Shown here piece after piece: positions 53,856 to 61,890 of a stretch of 64,000 nt of DNA. Both the position numbers and the translations under genes were made by a program. The stretch covers positions 723-64,722 of the forward strand of contig JBDKFE010000090.1 in assembly GCA_039798885.1 (NCBI GenBank), read 5' to 3'. Source of the stretch: Pseudomonadota bacterium. Lineage in GTDB: Bacteria > Pseudomonadota > Alphaproteobacteria > Rhodobacterales > Rhodobacteraceae. Within the stretch, counting starts at the first letter, position 1, and each line of letters opens with the position of its first letter. The notes under the pieces were generated by a model, which was not told the DNA's origin, made no database searches, and saw only the letters and a program-made list of their open reading frames with translations.

Positions 53856-55088
53856 CTAGAAACGATGGGGGTTGAAGGGGGAAAGGTCGATGGGCGGCGC
53901 GGCCCCGGTCAGCAGGTCCGCCACGATCCGCGCCGTCCCCGCACTTTGCGTCAGGCCCAGATGGCCGTGGCCGAAAGCGTGGATGATGTCGCGCGACGCC
54001 CGCGACGGCCCGATGGCGGGCAGGCTGTCGGGCAGCGATGGGCGAAAGCCCATCCACTGCACGCCGCCCTCTGTCCGCAGTCCGGGAAGAAAGGCCTTGG
54101 CCTTGTGCAGCATCGCCTCGGACCGTTTGAAATTCGGCGGCAGGTCCAGCCCGCCCAGTTCCACCGCGCCCCCCACCCGGATGCCCGTCGTCAACCGAGA
54201 GATCACGAAGCCATGCCCCCCGAAGGTCACCTGCATCCGCAGATCGAAAGCATCCGCAGGCAGGGTGGTGTTGTAGCCCCGCTCCGTCTCCAGCGGGATA
54301 GGCTCGCCCAAGGTTCGCGCGATGCGGTGCGAAAAGGCCCCCGCCGACAGCACGACCTTGCCCGCCTCCACCGCTTCGCCCCCCGCCAGCAAGACCCGCG
54401 CGCCCCGCTCCTTGGCCTGCACCGCCAGCACCTCGCCCAGCCGCAGCACGCCACCCGCCGCGCGGAACCGGTCGGCCAAGGCCAGCACATAAAGCTTCGG
54501 GTCCGCGATCGAATACCAGCCCGGCGTGAAGGTGCCGTGGGTGAAGCGCGGGCTTAGCCCCGGCTGCACCTCGGCCATCTCCTCGGGTCCCATATGGCGG
54601 AAATCGATCCCGTGCCGCGCCCGCGCCTGCCAGCCGGGGATCGAAGCGCGGAATTCCGCCTCCCCCTCATAGACCTGCAGGTTGCCGCGCTTGAACAGCA
54701 TCCCCGCCGTCCCCGTCGCCGCAAGGAAGGGCTCCAACTCTGCCTTGGACAGGTCCATCAACCCCGTCTGCGCGTCGGTCGAGGCTGCGACAGCCCCCGG
54801 CGCGCAGGCCCGCCAGAACCGCCACAGCCACGGCGCGATCTTCAGCGCATAGGCAGGCGGCACCGACAGCGGCCCCAGCGGGTCCAGCAACCATCCCGGT
54901 GCCTTCTTCATGATGCCCGGCGACGCCAGCGGCAGGATATCGGTAAAGGCAAAGGCCCCGGCATTGCCCGCCGATGCCCCCGCCGCAGGCCCCGCGCGGT
55001 CGATGACCGTGACCGAAAGCCCCCGCCCCTGCGCCATCAGCGCAGCCGACAGCCCGACGACCCCGGCCCCTATGACGACGACATCCAT
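53856..55088 (-). CDS. FAD-dependent D-amino-acid (D-hydroxyproline) dehydrogenase/oxidase-like protein
   Basis: ORF 53856..55232 trimmed to ATG 55088 (MDVVVIGAGVVGLSAA...). DAO/DadA family. Confidence 0.8.
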   Translation of the reverse strand: MDVVVIGAGVVGLSAALMAQGRGLSVTVIDRAGPAAGASAGNAGAFAFTDILPLASPGIMKKAPGWLLDPLGPLSVPPAYALKIAPWLWRFWRACAPGAVAASTDAQTGLMDLSKAELEPFLAATGTAGMLFKRGNLQVYEGEAEFRASIPGWQARARHGIDFRHMGPEEMAEVQPGLSPRFTHGTFTPGWYSIADPKLYVLALADRFRAAGGVLRLGEVLAVQAKERGARVLLAGGEAVEAGKVVLSAGAFSHRIARTLGEPIPLETERGYNTTLPADAFDLRMQVTFGGHGFVISRLTTGIRVGGAVELGGLDLPPNFKRSEAMLHKAKAFLPGLRTEGGVQWMGFRPSLPDSLPAIGPSRASRDIIHAFGHGHLGLTQSAGTARIVADLLTGAAPPIDLSPFNPHRF

Positions 55089-55092
55089 CCCC

Positions 55093-56049
55093 TTATGCCG
55101 CGTAGCGCGCCTCCAGCCCCTTGGTCCAATCCGCATACCATGCGTTGAACATGTGGAACTGCGCCTCGATGAAGCCGCGCTGCGCCGGTGACAGCGCATC
55201 GCTTTCGTTGAATTGCAGACCGAAGCCCTCATCCCCCTTCAGCACCATCATATGCTTGAAGAACAGCACAAGGTCCGGCCCCGCATCCACCTCGGCCAGC
55301 ACCTGCATCGCGCTGTCCAACTCAAACGCCAGCCGCCGCGCGACGGCATCGCCGGCCATGGCCTGACGACACAGCGCCACCAGATGCAGCACCTCGCGCG
55401 GGAAAACGTTGCCGATCCCCGTGATCGCCCCATCCGCGTTGCAGTTGACATAGCCATGATAGACCGCCGTATCGACGCCGATCATCAGCTTCAGGTCGGG
55501 CGAGGCACCCGTGATCGCCTCGGCCGCATAGGACAGGTCGTCAAAGCCGCCGAATTCCTTGAAGCCCACAAGGTTCGGATGCTCGGCCCGGATGGCGAAG
55601 AAGAGGTCGGCCTTCGTCGAATAGCCGTAATAGGGGCTGTTGTAGATCACCGCAGGCAGGGTCGGCGCGGCAGAGAGGACGGCCTTGAAATGCGCCTTCT
55701 GCGCCGCAGGCACCGTGCCGCGCGACAGCAGGCGCGGGATCACCATCAGGCCATGCGCGCCCACCCGTTCGGCATGGGCCGCGATGGCGGCGGCGGTCGC
55801 GGTGTTCACCGCCCCGGTGCCCACGACCACCTTGATCCCGGCCTTGACCAGCCGTTCCACCCCTTCCATCCGCCATTCATTGGTCAGCAGCGGCCAATCC
55901 CCCATCGACCCGCAATAGACAACCGCCGACATCCCCATATCCACCAGCGCCCGCGCATGGGCGACCAGCTTGTCGAAATCGGGGGTGCGGTCGGCCTTGC
56001 AGGGGGTCAGAAGGGCCGGGATCGTGCCGGAAAAGATGCTCGCGTCCAT
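55093..56049 (-). CDS. DapA/NAL-family lyase (pyrroline-4-hydroxy-2-carboxylate deaminase-like)
   Basis: ORF 55093..56100 trimmed to ATG 56049 (MDASIFSGTIPALLTP...). Family-typical ...VVYCGSMGDWPLLT... Confidence 0.8.
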   Translation of the reverse strand: MDASIFSGTIPALLTPCKADRTPDFDKLVAHARALVDMGMSAVVYCGSMGDWPLLTNEWRMEGVERLVKAGIKVVVGTGAVNTATAAAIAAHAERVGAHGLMVIPRLLSRGTVPAAQKAHFKAVLSAAPTLPAVIYNSPYYGYSTKADLFFAIRAEHPNLVGFKEFGGFDDLSYAAEAITGASPDLKLMIGVDTAVYHGYVNCNADGAITGIGNVFPREVLHLVALCRQAMAGDAVARRLAFELDSAMQVLAEVDAGPDLVLFFKHMMVLKGDEGFGLQFNESDALSPAQRGFIEAQFHMFNAWYADWTKGLEARYAA

Positions 56050-56116
56050 GAAAGTCGCCTCCTGCGGCTGGATGGAATCTGGGTGGTTGGGGTGCAGCAT
56101 AGGGATTGCATTAAGT

Positions 56117-56126
56117 TTGTCGACAA
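56117..56126. promoter_or_regulatory. GntR/FadR-type operator candidate TTGTCGACAA
   Basis: Perfect 10-bp palindrome fitting t.GT...AC.a, about 70 nt upstream of ATG 56049. A GntR regulator is encoded upstream on the same strand. Confidence 0.4.
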
Positions 56127-56244
56127 GATTTCGCGACGAACCCAGTTACCGCTGAGAACAACATCCCTCCGCCGGTAGGGACGCGCGCGGCACGCCGGGG
56201 CGGGCGGCTCTGGCGCACGTCCCAGTAGGGGTGAGGCGCGATCA

Positions 56245-56267
56245 GAAATCGTCCAGTGGACGATTTC
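56245..56267. repeat. AT-rich-stem perfect palindrome GAAATCGTCCA-G-TGGACGATTTC
   Basis: 11-bp perfect arms. Same GAAATC...GATTTC design as 63431-63451. Confidence 0.55.
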
Positions 56268-56378
56268 CCCGCCGAACGCGCGGCCGATGGCCGCGCAGGG
56301 CGGTCGTGCGCGGCCGTCCTTCGGACCTTTGGGCCACGGTCCGATCCTGACTGTCGCGCCTAGAAGTGCTTCCCCCCC

Positions 56379-57086
56379 TCAAAGCACCACATGCTGCCGA
56401 CGGTCCGCCGCGATCATCTCCTGTATCTGCCGCACGATCCTGTCGGCATGGTCCTTGGCCAGCACATCGCACCGCGCCACATCCCGCGCGACAAGCGCGT
56501 CAAGGATCGCCTCATGTTCCAGAATGAAGGGATGCGGTTCCTGCGGCGCGAAGGTGGGGTAGTAGTAAAGCCGCAGGATGCGCCGCCCCTCATCCAAAAG
56601 CCGCACGAAAAGCTGCGTGTAATAGGGGTTCCGCCCCGCCTCGGCGATGGCCACGTGGAAATCCCGGTTGGTCAGGATCATCCCCGCCGTATCCCCCGCC
56701 ATCACCGCGCCGGCAAAGACCGCCTGCCGCGCCCGGATCGCCGCCAGATCGGCGGCATCATGAAACTCCGCCGCCAGCCGCGTGGTCACGCGATACATCA
56801 GCGTCAGCGCATCAAAGAAGGCATAAAGGTTCGGGAAATCAATCTGGCTGACGACCGTGGACCGGTTCGGCAGCATCGTCACCAGCCCATCCCCCGCCAG
56901 CCGCACCAGCGCCTCGCGCACCGGGGTGCGCGACATGGCGAAACGGTCGGCCAGACCCACCTCATCCACCGGTTCGCCGGGTTTCAGAACCAGATCAAGG
57001 ATCTCGTCGCGCAACGTGTCATAGACCAGCCGCGCCCCCCCGCCCCGCTTGCGGTCGGTCCCTTCGGTCTCTGCTCCATCGGCCAT
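56379..57086 (-). CDS. GntR-family transcriptional regulator (FCD domain)
   Basis: ORF 56379..57287 trimmed to ATG 57086 (MADGAETEG...). ...LKPGEPVDEVGLADRFAMSRTPVREALVRLAGDGLV... Confidence 0.8.
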   Translation of the reverse strand: MADGAETEGTDRKRGGGARLVYDTLRDEILDLVLKPGEPVDEVGLADRFAMSRTPVREALVRLAGDGLVTMLPNRSTVVSQIDFPNLYAFFDALTLMYRVTTRLAAEFHDAADLAAIRARQAVFAGAVMAGDTAGMILTNRDFHVAIAEAGRNPYYTQLFVRLLDEGRRILRLYYYPTFAPQEPHPFILEHEAILDALVARDVARCDVLAKDHADRIVRQIQEMIAADRRQHVVL

Positions 57087-57145
57087 GCGCGCCTCCCTGT
57101 CGACAGACAGGATACAAGCGCGCCCCGTCCGCGCGCAACCGCGCC

Positions 57146-57601
57146 TCAGGCCCCGCCCAGAACCTTGTCGGCCACCGTGCCCGACCGCAGCATATCCTCT
57201 AGCGTCAGGCTCTCGATGATCAGCAGGTAGGACCAGAACACCTCGGCAAAGACTTTGCGGATGCGGCAGGTCGCCTCGTCCACGCAATCCTCGCAGCGCT
57301 GATAGGCCCGGCGCGACAGGCAGGGCAGCGGCGCGATGGGGCCATCGATCGTCCGCAGAAGTTCCGAGATCGACACTTCCGAAGGCCGCTTGATCAGCGT
57401 GTACCCCCCCGACCGGCCGCGGGTGGATGCAATGACCCCGGCATTCCGCACTTCCAGCAGGATATGTTCAAGAAACCGCTTCGGCGTGCCGGAACGGCGC
57501 GCGATCTCTTCGATGGTCAATGCCTCTGGCGCAGGCTTCGCCGCCTCATCGGCAAGGGCGAGCAGGGCCTTCAGGGCGTATTTCATCTTCTGCGTGATCA
57601 T
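57146..57601 (-). CDS. Rrf2-family transcriptional regulator (possible Fe-S ligating Cys cluster)
   Basis: MITQKMKYALKALLALA... HTH. CLSRRAYQRCEDCVDEATC supplies clustered cysteines. Confidence 0.85.
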   Translation of the reverse strand: MITQKMKYALKALLALADEAAKPAPEALTIEEIARRSGTPKRFLEHILLEVRNAGVIASTRGRSGGYTLIKRPSEVSISELLRTIDGPIAPLPCLSRRAYQRCEDCVDEATCRIRKVFAEVFWSYLLIIESLTLEDMLRSGTVADKVLGGA

Positions 57602-57839
57602 GCCCAAGACCTACCGCCTGCGCGGGTCGGAATCAATCATGGCAAGCGGGAAATGGCGCGGATCAAGGGACTGGGGCTGACATCTTCCGCACAGGAGGCC
57701 CGCGACGAACGGCCCGGCCCATGGCCGGGACCGGGCGCATCCCGTGCGGGAGGGCGGCTTCCCCACCGCCCCAGCCCATTCTCCCTATTGCCCGACTCCC
57801 CTGCATCTGCCACAGCCGTTCCGGCAAAAGAGGCAGACG

Positions 57840-58520
57840 ATGGCCGACGACAAGACGATCACCCCCGAACTCGCCGTGACCGACCGCGCCGCCGCCGTGT
57901 CGATGCTGACCACCGTCTTCGGCTTCCTTGCACAGGGCGACCGGCTGACCCTCGGCTCCCAGTCCATCGCCCTGATCCCCGCCGCCACGACCCCCACCCA
58001 TGGCCGCATCGACCACCTCGCGCTGGCCGTGAACGACGTGGACGCCACCCTCGCCTCCCTTCTGTCGCGTGGTGCGCGCCTGGACGACACCACCCCAAAG
58101 GGCCCCAAGGAAATCCCCGAATTCTGGGAAAACGGCGTCCGCTACGTCTTTCTCCAAGGCCCCGAAGGCGCGCGCATCGAACTTTGCGCCAAACGCCAAA
58201 CGGCCACCCGCGCCGACCTTCCGGGCCATGACCATATCGGCCTCCCCTGTACCGACATCACGGCCACCGCCGCTTTCTTCGAAAGCCTCGGCCTTACCCC
58301 CCTCGCCGCCGTCACCCTGACGCGCGAGGATGGGGAAACCCATGTCCGCTTCCTCGGGCATGGCGCGCATGTGGTGGAACTCTACGAACCGCCCCACCTG
58401 CGCGGCACCAAAGGAACCAACCCGGAAACCGCCCTCTGGCACGGCCTGCGCCTCATGGGCGCGACGGGCCCCAAAGGCCCGATGCAAGGCCCCGACGGCC
58501 TGCGCGTCACCCTGCTCTGA
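57840..58520 (+). CDS. Two-module VOC (glyoxalase/bleomycin-resistance/dioxygenase) family protein
   Basis: ORF from 57744 trimmed to ATG 57840. Modules around ...HGRIDHLALAVNDVD... and ...GHDHIGLPCTDI... Confidence 0.75.
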   Translation: MADDKTITPELAVTDRAAAVSMLTTVFGFLAQGDRLTLGSQSIALIPAATTPTHGRIDHLALAVNDVDATLASLLSRGARLDDTTPKGPKEIPEFWENGVRYVFLQGPEGARIELCAKRQTATRADLPGHDHIGLPCTDITATAAFFESLGLTPLAAVTLTREDGETHVRFLGHGAHVVELYEPPHLRGTKGTNPETALWHGLRLMGATGPKGPMQGPDGLRVTLL

Positions 58521-58527
58521 CCCGGTC

Positions 58528-58578
58528 TTCATCTCGGCCCAAATACCCGACGGGGGTCCGGGGGTGTCAAACCCCCGG
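58528..58578 (-). repeat. TATTTGGG-core intergenic repeat, copy 6
   Basis: Core TTCATCTCGGCCCAAATACCC lies 8 nt after stop 58520. It is followed by ACGGGGGTCCGGGGGTGTCAAACCCCCGG, almost identical to the reverse complement of copy 1. Confidence 0.7.
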
Positions 58579-58580
58579 CG

Positions 58581-59231
58581 CTAGCCGCGCGCGACTTCGG
58601 CCAGAAGCCCCGGAAACTCTGCCCAATGGTCAAAGGCCGCCCGATGCGGCAGCGCCTCCACGGGTGCCTTGCGATACCCGCCCGTGAACAGCAGGAACGC
58701 CACCCCCGCGCGATCCGCCGTTTCGGCATCCACCTCGCTGTCGCCCACAAAGACCGCCCCGCCCCCGATCCGCGCCATAGCCTCCAACAGCGGCGCGGGG
58801 TCGGGCTTGCGCAGCGCCAACGTGTCGCCCCCCACGATCACCGGAAAGAACCCAGCCCAGCCCATCTGCGCCAACAAGGCCCGCGTCGGCCCCTCTGGCT
58901 TGTTGGTACACAGGCCCATGGGCACCCCCAGCCCGCGCAGCGCCGCCTCCACCCCGGCATAGGGCTTGGTCAACCCGGCGGGCGCGTCCTCGTACCAGCG
59001 GATGAACCGCGCGCAGAGGTCACGGTGCAGGCGCGCATCCTCTCCCATGCCCACTGCCGCCATGACGCGGGTCATCAGCACAGGCACCCCGTTCCCGATG
59101 AACCCCCGCACGATCTCAAAGGGCAAGGGCTCCACCCCCTCCTCGCGCAGGACCACCGACACCCCGGCGTGGATGTCCGGCGCGCTGTCCACCAGCGTCC
59201 CGTCCAGATCGAAAAGCACCGCGCGCGCCAT
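58581..59231 (-). CDS. HAD-superfamily phosphoglycolate phosphatase-like hydrolase
   Basis: ORF 58581..59438 trimmed to ATG 59231 (MARAVLFDLDGTLVDSAPDI...). Its start overlaps the upstream stop by 1 nt (TGATG). Confidence 0.8.
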   Translation of the reverse strand: MARAVLFDLDGTLVDSAPDIHAGVSVVLREEGVEPLPFEIVRGFIGNGVPVLMTRVMAAVGMGEDARLHRDLCARFIRWYEDAPAGLTKPYAGVEAALRGLGVPMGLCTNKPEGPTRALLAQMGWAGFFPVIVGGDTLALRKPDPAPLLEAMARIGGGAVFVGDSEVDAETADRAGVAFLLFTGGYRKAPVEALPHRAAFDHWAEFPGLLAEVARG

Positions 59232-60604
59232 CACCGACCCGTCAGCCAATTCCCCAGCCGCGCCAACCGCGACGGCGGCCCGCCCGAGGCCTCTTCGCGC
59301 CGATCCGCCGCCGCGTAGAGCGCATACATCCCCCGCACCCCCAACCAGCGCAGCGGCTCTGGCTCCCATTTCCGCACGCGGCGATTGACCCAAGGCAGCC
59401 GCACCAATTCCGTATCCCGCCCCAGCACCAGATCGCAAAGCGTCCGCCCCGACAGGTTCGACGTGGACACGCCCACGCCCACATAGCCCCCCGCAAAGCC
59501 CATCCCCGTGCCCGCGTCATAGCCCACCGTCGCGCACCAATCGCGCGGCACGCCCAGCACGCCGCACCAGCCGTGATCCACGCGATACCGCTTTGTCACC
59601 GGGAAATGCCGATGCAGGATCGCCGTCAGCCGCCGCACCGTTTCCGCATCCGGCACCCCGCCATCATCCGTGCGCGACCCGAACCGATAGGGCACCCCCC
59701 GCGCCCCCACCGTGATCCGCCCTTCGCGCGTGCGCTGGCAATAGCAATAGGCATTGGCGAAATCGCCAAGGATTTCATGCCCTTTCCAGCCGATCTCCTC
59801 CCACACCGCCTCGGGCAAAGGCTCTGTCGCTATCTGGGCAGAGTTCAAGGGCAGCCACTCTCGCCTAAGCCCCGGCAGACCCGCCGTGAACCCTTCGGTG
59901 CAGCGCAGCACATGCCGCGCCGTCACCACGCCCCGCTCTGTCACCACGCGGCGGGGGGAAACTTCGGTCACCGTGGTCCCTTCGGCAATGCGGACCCCCA
60001 TCCGCTCTACCACCTCGGCCAATCCGCGCACCAGTTTGGCGGGCTGCACCCGCGCCACCCCCTCCACCACCATCGCGCCCATGACGCCGGGGATATTCAC
60101 CCGGCTCGCCGTCTGCCCCGCGCCGATGACATGCACCCGATCCTCGCCCCAGCGGCGACGATGCGCCACCTCGCCCTCCACCCGCGCCATCTGGGCGGGC
60201 GTGACGGCCACCATCAACTCATCCGTCCGCAGGATGTCGGCCTCGATCCCCTCGGCCCCGGCCACGCGGATCACCTCATCCACCGTGCCGTTCATTGCGC
60301 GCACCATCGCCCGCACCGCGCCCTCGGTGGACCCTTTCAGATACTTCTCATGGCTCCAGGCAAAGCCACCCGTCAGCCAGCCGCCGTTCCGCCCCGACGC
60401 GCCAAAGCCCGCAAACTCCCGCTCGCAGATCAGCACCGACAGGTCCGGCGCCGCCTGTTTCAGGTAATAGGCCGCCCACAGCCCCGTATAGCCCGCCCCC
60501 ACGATGCAGACATCCACCTCCACATCCCCCGCCAGCGCCGGGCGGCGGGCAGAGGGCAAGCCGATATCCGCATACCAGAACGACACATCCCCCAGCCGCG
60601 TCAT
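59231..60604 (-). CDS. FAD-dependent oxidoreductase (gamma-glutamylamine oxidase / PuuB-like DAO family)
   Basis: ORF 59231..60790 trimmed to ATG 60604 (MTRLGDVSFWYADIG...VCIVGAGYTGLWAAYYL...GASGRNGGW). Confidence 0.8.
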   Translation of the reverse strand: MTRLGDVSFWYADIGLPSARRPALAGDVEVDVCIVGAGYTGLWAAYYLKQAAPDLSVLICEREFAGFGASGRNGGWLTGGFAWSHEKYLKGSTEGAVRAMVRAMNGTVDEVIRVAGAEGIEADILRTDELMVAVTPAQMARVEGEVAHRRRWGEDRVHVIGAGQTASRVNIPGVMGAMVVEGVARVQPAKLVRGLAEVVERMGVRIAEGTTVTEVSPRRVVTERGVVTARHVLRCTEGFTAGLPGLRREWLPLNSAQIATEPLPEAVWEEIGWKGHEILGDFANAYCYCQRTREGRITVGARGVPYRFGSRTDDGGVPDAETVRRLTAILHRHFPVTKRYRVDHGWCGVLGVPRDWCATVGYDAGTGMGFAGGYVGVGVSTSNLSGRTLCDLVLGRDTELVRLPWVNRRVRKWEPEPLRWLGVRGMYALYAAADRREEASGGPPSRLARLGNWLTGR

Positions 60605-61890
60605 GCCCTGACCCCTTTCGTCCATTCCCTGTCCAGCCGCGCCACCGCCGCCTCGGCGGTCAGCAGCGCGCCCTCGAACCAGCCCTGCTCGGCGCTGGCA
60701 TGGTCCGACCCGGCAAAGGCAAGGCGCGGATGTCCCGCCCATTCCCCGGGATCGTAAAGCCCGACCGTCTCTAGCGCGGGCGAAACCCATGTCCCCCGCG
60801 CGAAGGGGTCCGACACCCAGTCATGCCAGTCATAGCCCTGAACCGTGGCCCCCGGAAAGGCCGCCGCCATCGCGGCCGCCACGCCCTCCGCCGAAGGCGC
60901 GCCCATCTCGTCGAACAGCCCGAAACCCACGACAAGAACCGTCCCGTCCGGCAGCAGATGATCCGCCCAGAACCAGCGCAGCCCCGCCGTCTCCCCCGTG
61001 GCCAACACGCCGGGCTCCACCCCTCGCGCCCGGATCAGCACCTTTACCGCCCGCCCGATATGCCCCGCGGCCCGCAAAGCCCCCGGCGCCCCGGCCAGCG
61101 GCGGATCGAACCGCATCTGCGCCAAACCATTCACCGGCACTGCCACCACCGCCGCCTCCGCCCGGCAGGCGCGCCCCCCGGACAGCACGGCGCGCACCCC
61201 GTCCTCCGCGACCTCCACCCGCTCCACCGCATCCCCGGTCAGAACCTCGGCCCCGCTCGCCCCAAGGGCACCCGCGACCAGCCGCGACACCCCGCCCTCT
61301 ACGGTCAGCGCCAGTTCCTCCAGCTTGACCTCCATCCCCTGCGCCAGCTTCGGCGTCAGAAGCTCCGTCACCCCGATCCGTCCCGGATCGCCCGACCCGG
61401 AAATCGCCCACCACGACAGGAACTCCCGCCGCACGGAGTCCGGCAGGTCGCGATGGTCCAGATAGGCCGCCGCCGTCATCCCCGACAGATGCGCCGCCTC
61501 CGCCCCGCCCGCAGCCAACAGCGCCGCATCGGCCTTCAGCCTCTCCATCCCCGCCCAATGCGCCGCCATTTCCGCCGACGGCGCCGCCAGCGCACGCCCC
61601 CCGGCAAACCACCGCCGCCCGGAAAGCGCTACCCTCGGCATCAGCCCCACGCCCAGCCGCGCCGCCAGCGCGATCATCCGCCCATGATCCGCCCGCAGCC
61701 AGCCACCGCCATACTCGACCACGCCCCCCGCCCAGTCGCGCGAATCCGCCCGCCCGCCGACACGCCCCCGCGCCTCGACCACCGTCACCCGATGCCCCCT
61801 GTCCGTCAGCCCCAGCGCTGCCGCAGCCCCGGCCAATCCGGCCCCGATGATCAGAATGTCAGCCAAGCAAGCCTCAGAGATACCAGTCAT
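60601..61890 (-). CDS. Flavin-containing amine oxidase (monoamine/polyamine oxidase family)
   Basis: ORF 60601..61950 trimmed to ATG 61890. ILIIGAGLAGAAAA...VVEARGRVGGR. Overlaps the GS-like gene by 17 nt and the next gene by ATGA. Confidence 0.8.
   Translation of the reverse strand: MTGISEACLADILIIGAGLAGAAAALGLTDRGHRVTVVEARGRVGGRADSRDWAGGVVEYGGGWLRADHGRMIALAARLGVGLMPRVALSGRRWFAGGRALAAPSAEMAAHWAGMERLKADAALLAAGGAEAAHLSGMTAAAYLDHRDLPDSVRREFLSWWAISGSGDPGRIGVTELLTPKLAQGMEVKLEELALTVEGGVSRLVAGALGASGAEVLTGDAVERVEVAEDGVRAVLSGGRACRAEAAVVAVPVNGLAQMRFDPPLAGAPGALRAAGHIGRAVKVLIRARGVEPGVLATGETAGLRWFWADHLLPDGTVLVVGFGLFDEMGAPSAEGVAAAMAAAFPGATVQGYDWHDWVSDPFARGTWVSPALETVGLYDPGEWAGHPRLAFAGSDHASAEQGWFEGALLTAEAAVARLDREWTKGVRA

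Noticed and set aside
57663-58532. 289-aa antisense ORF starting at the ATG inside repeat copy 6 (MKTGSEQGD...).
   Set aside because: It fully overlaps the VOC-family gene on the other strand and has Gly/Ala/Arg-rich composition. The ATG is a conserved feature of the repeat core, not evidence of a gene.
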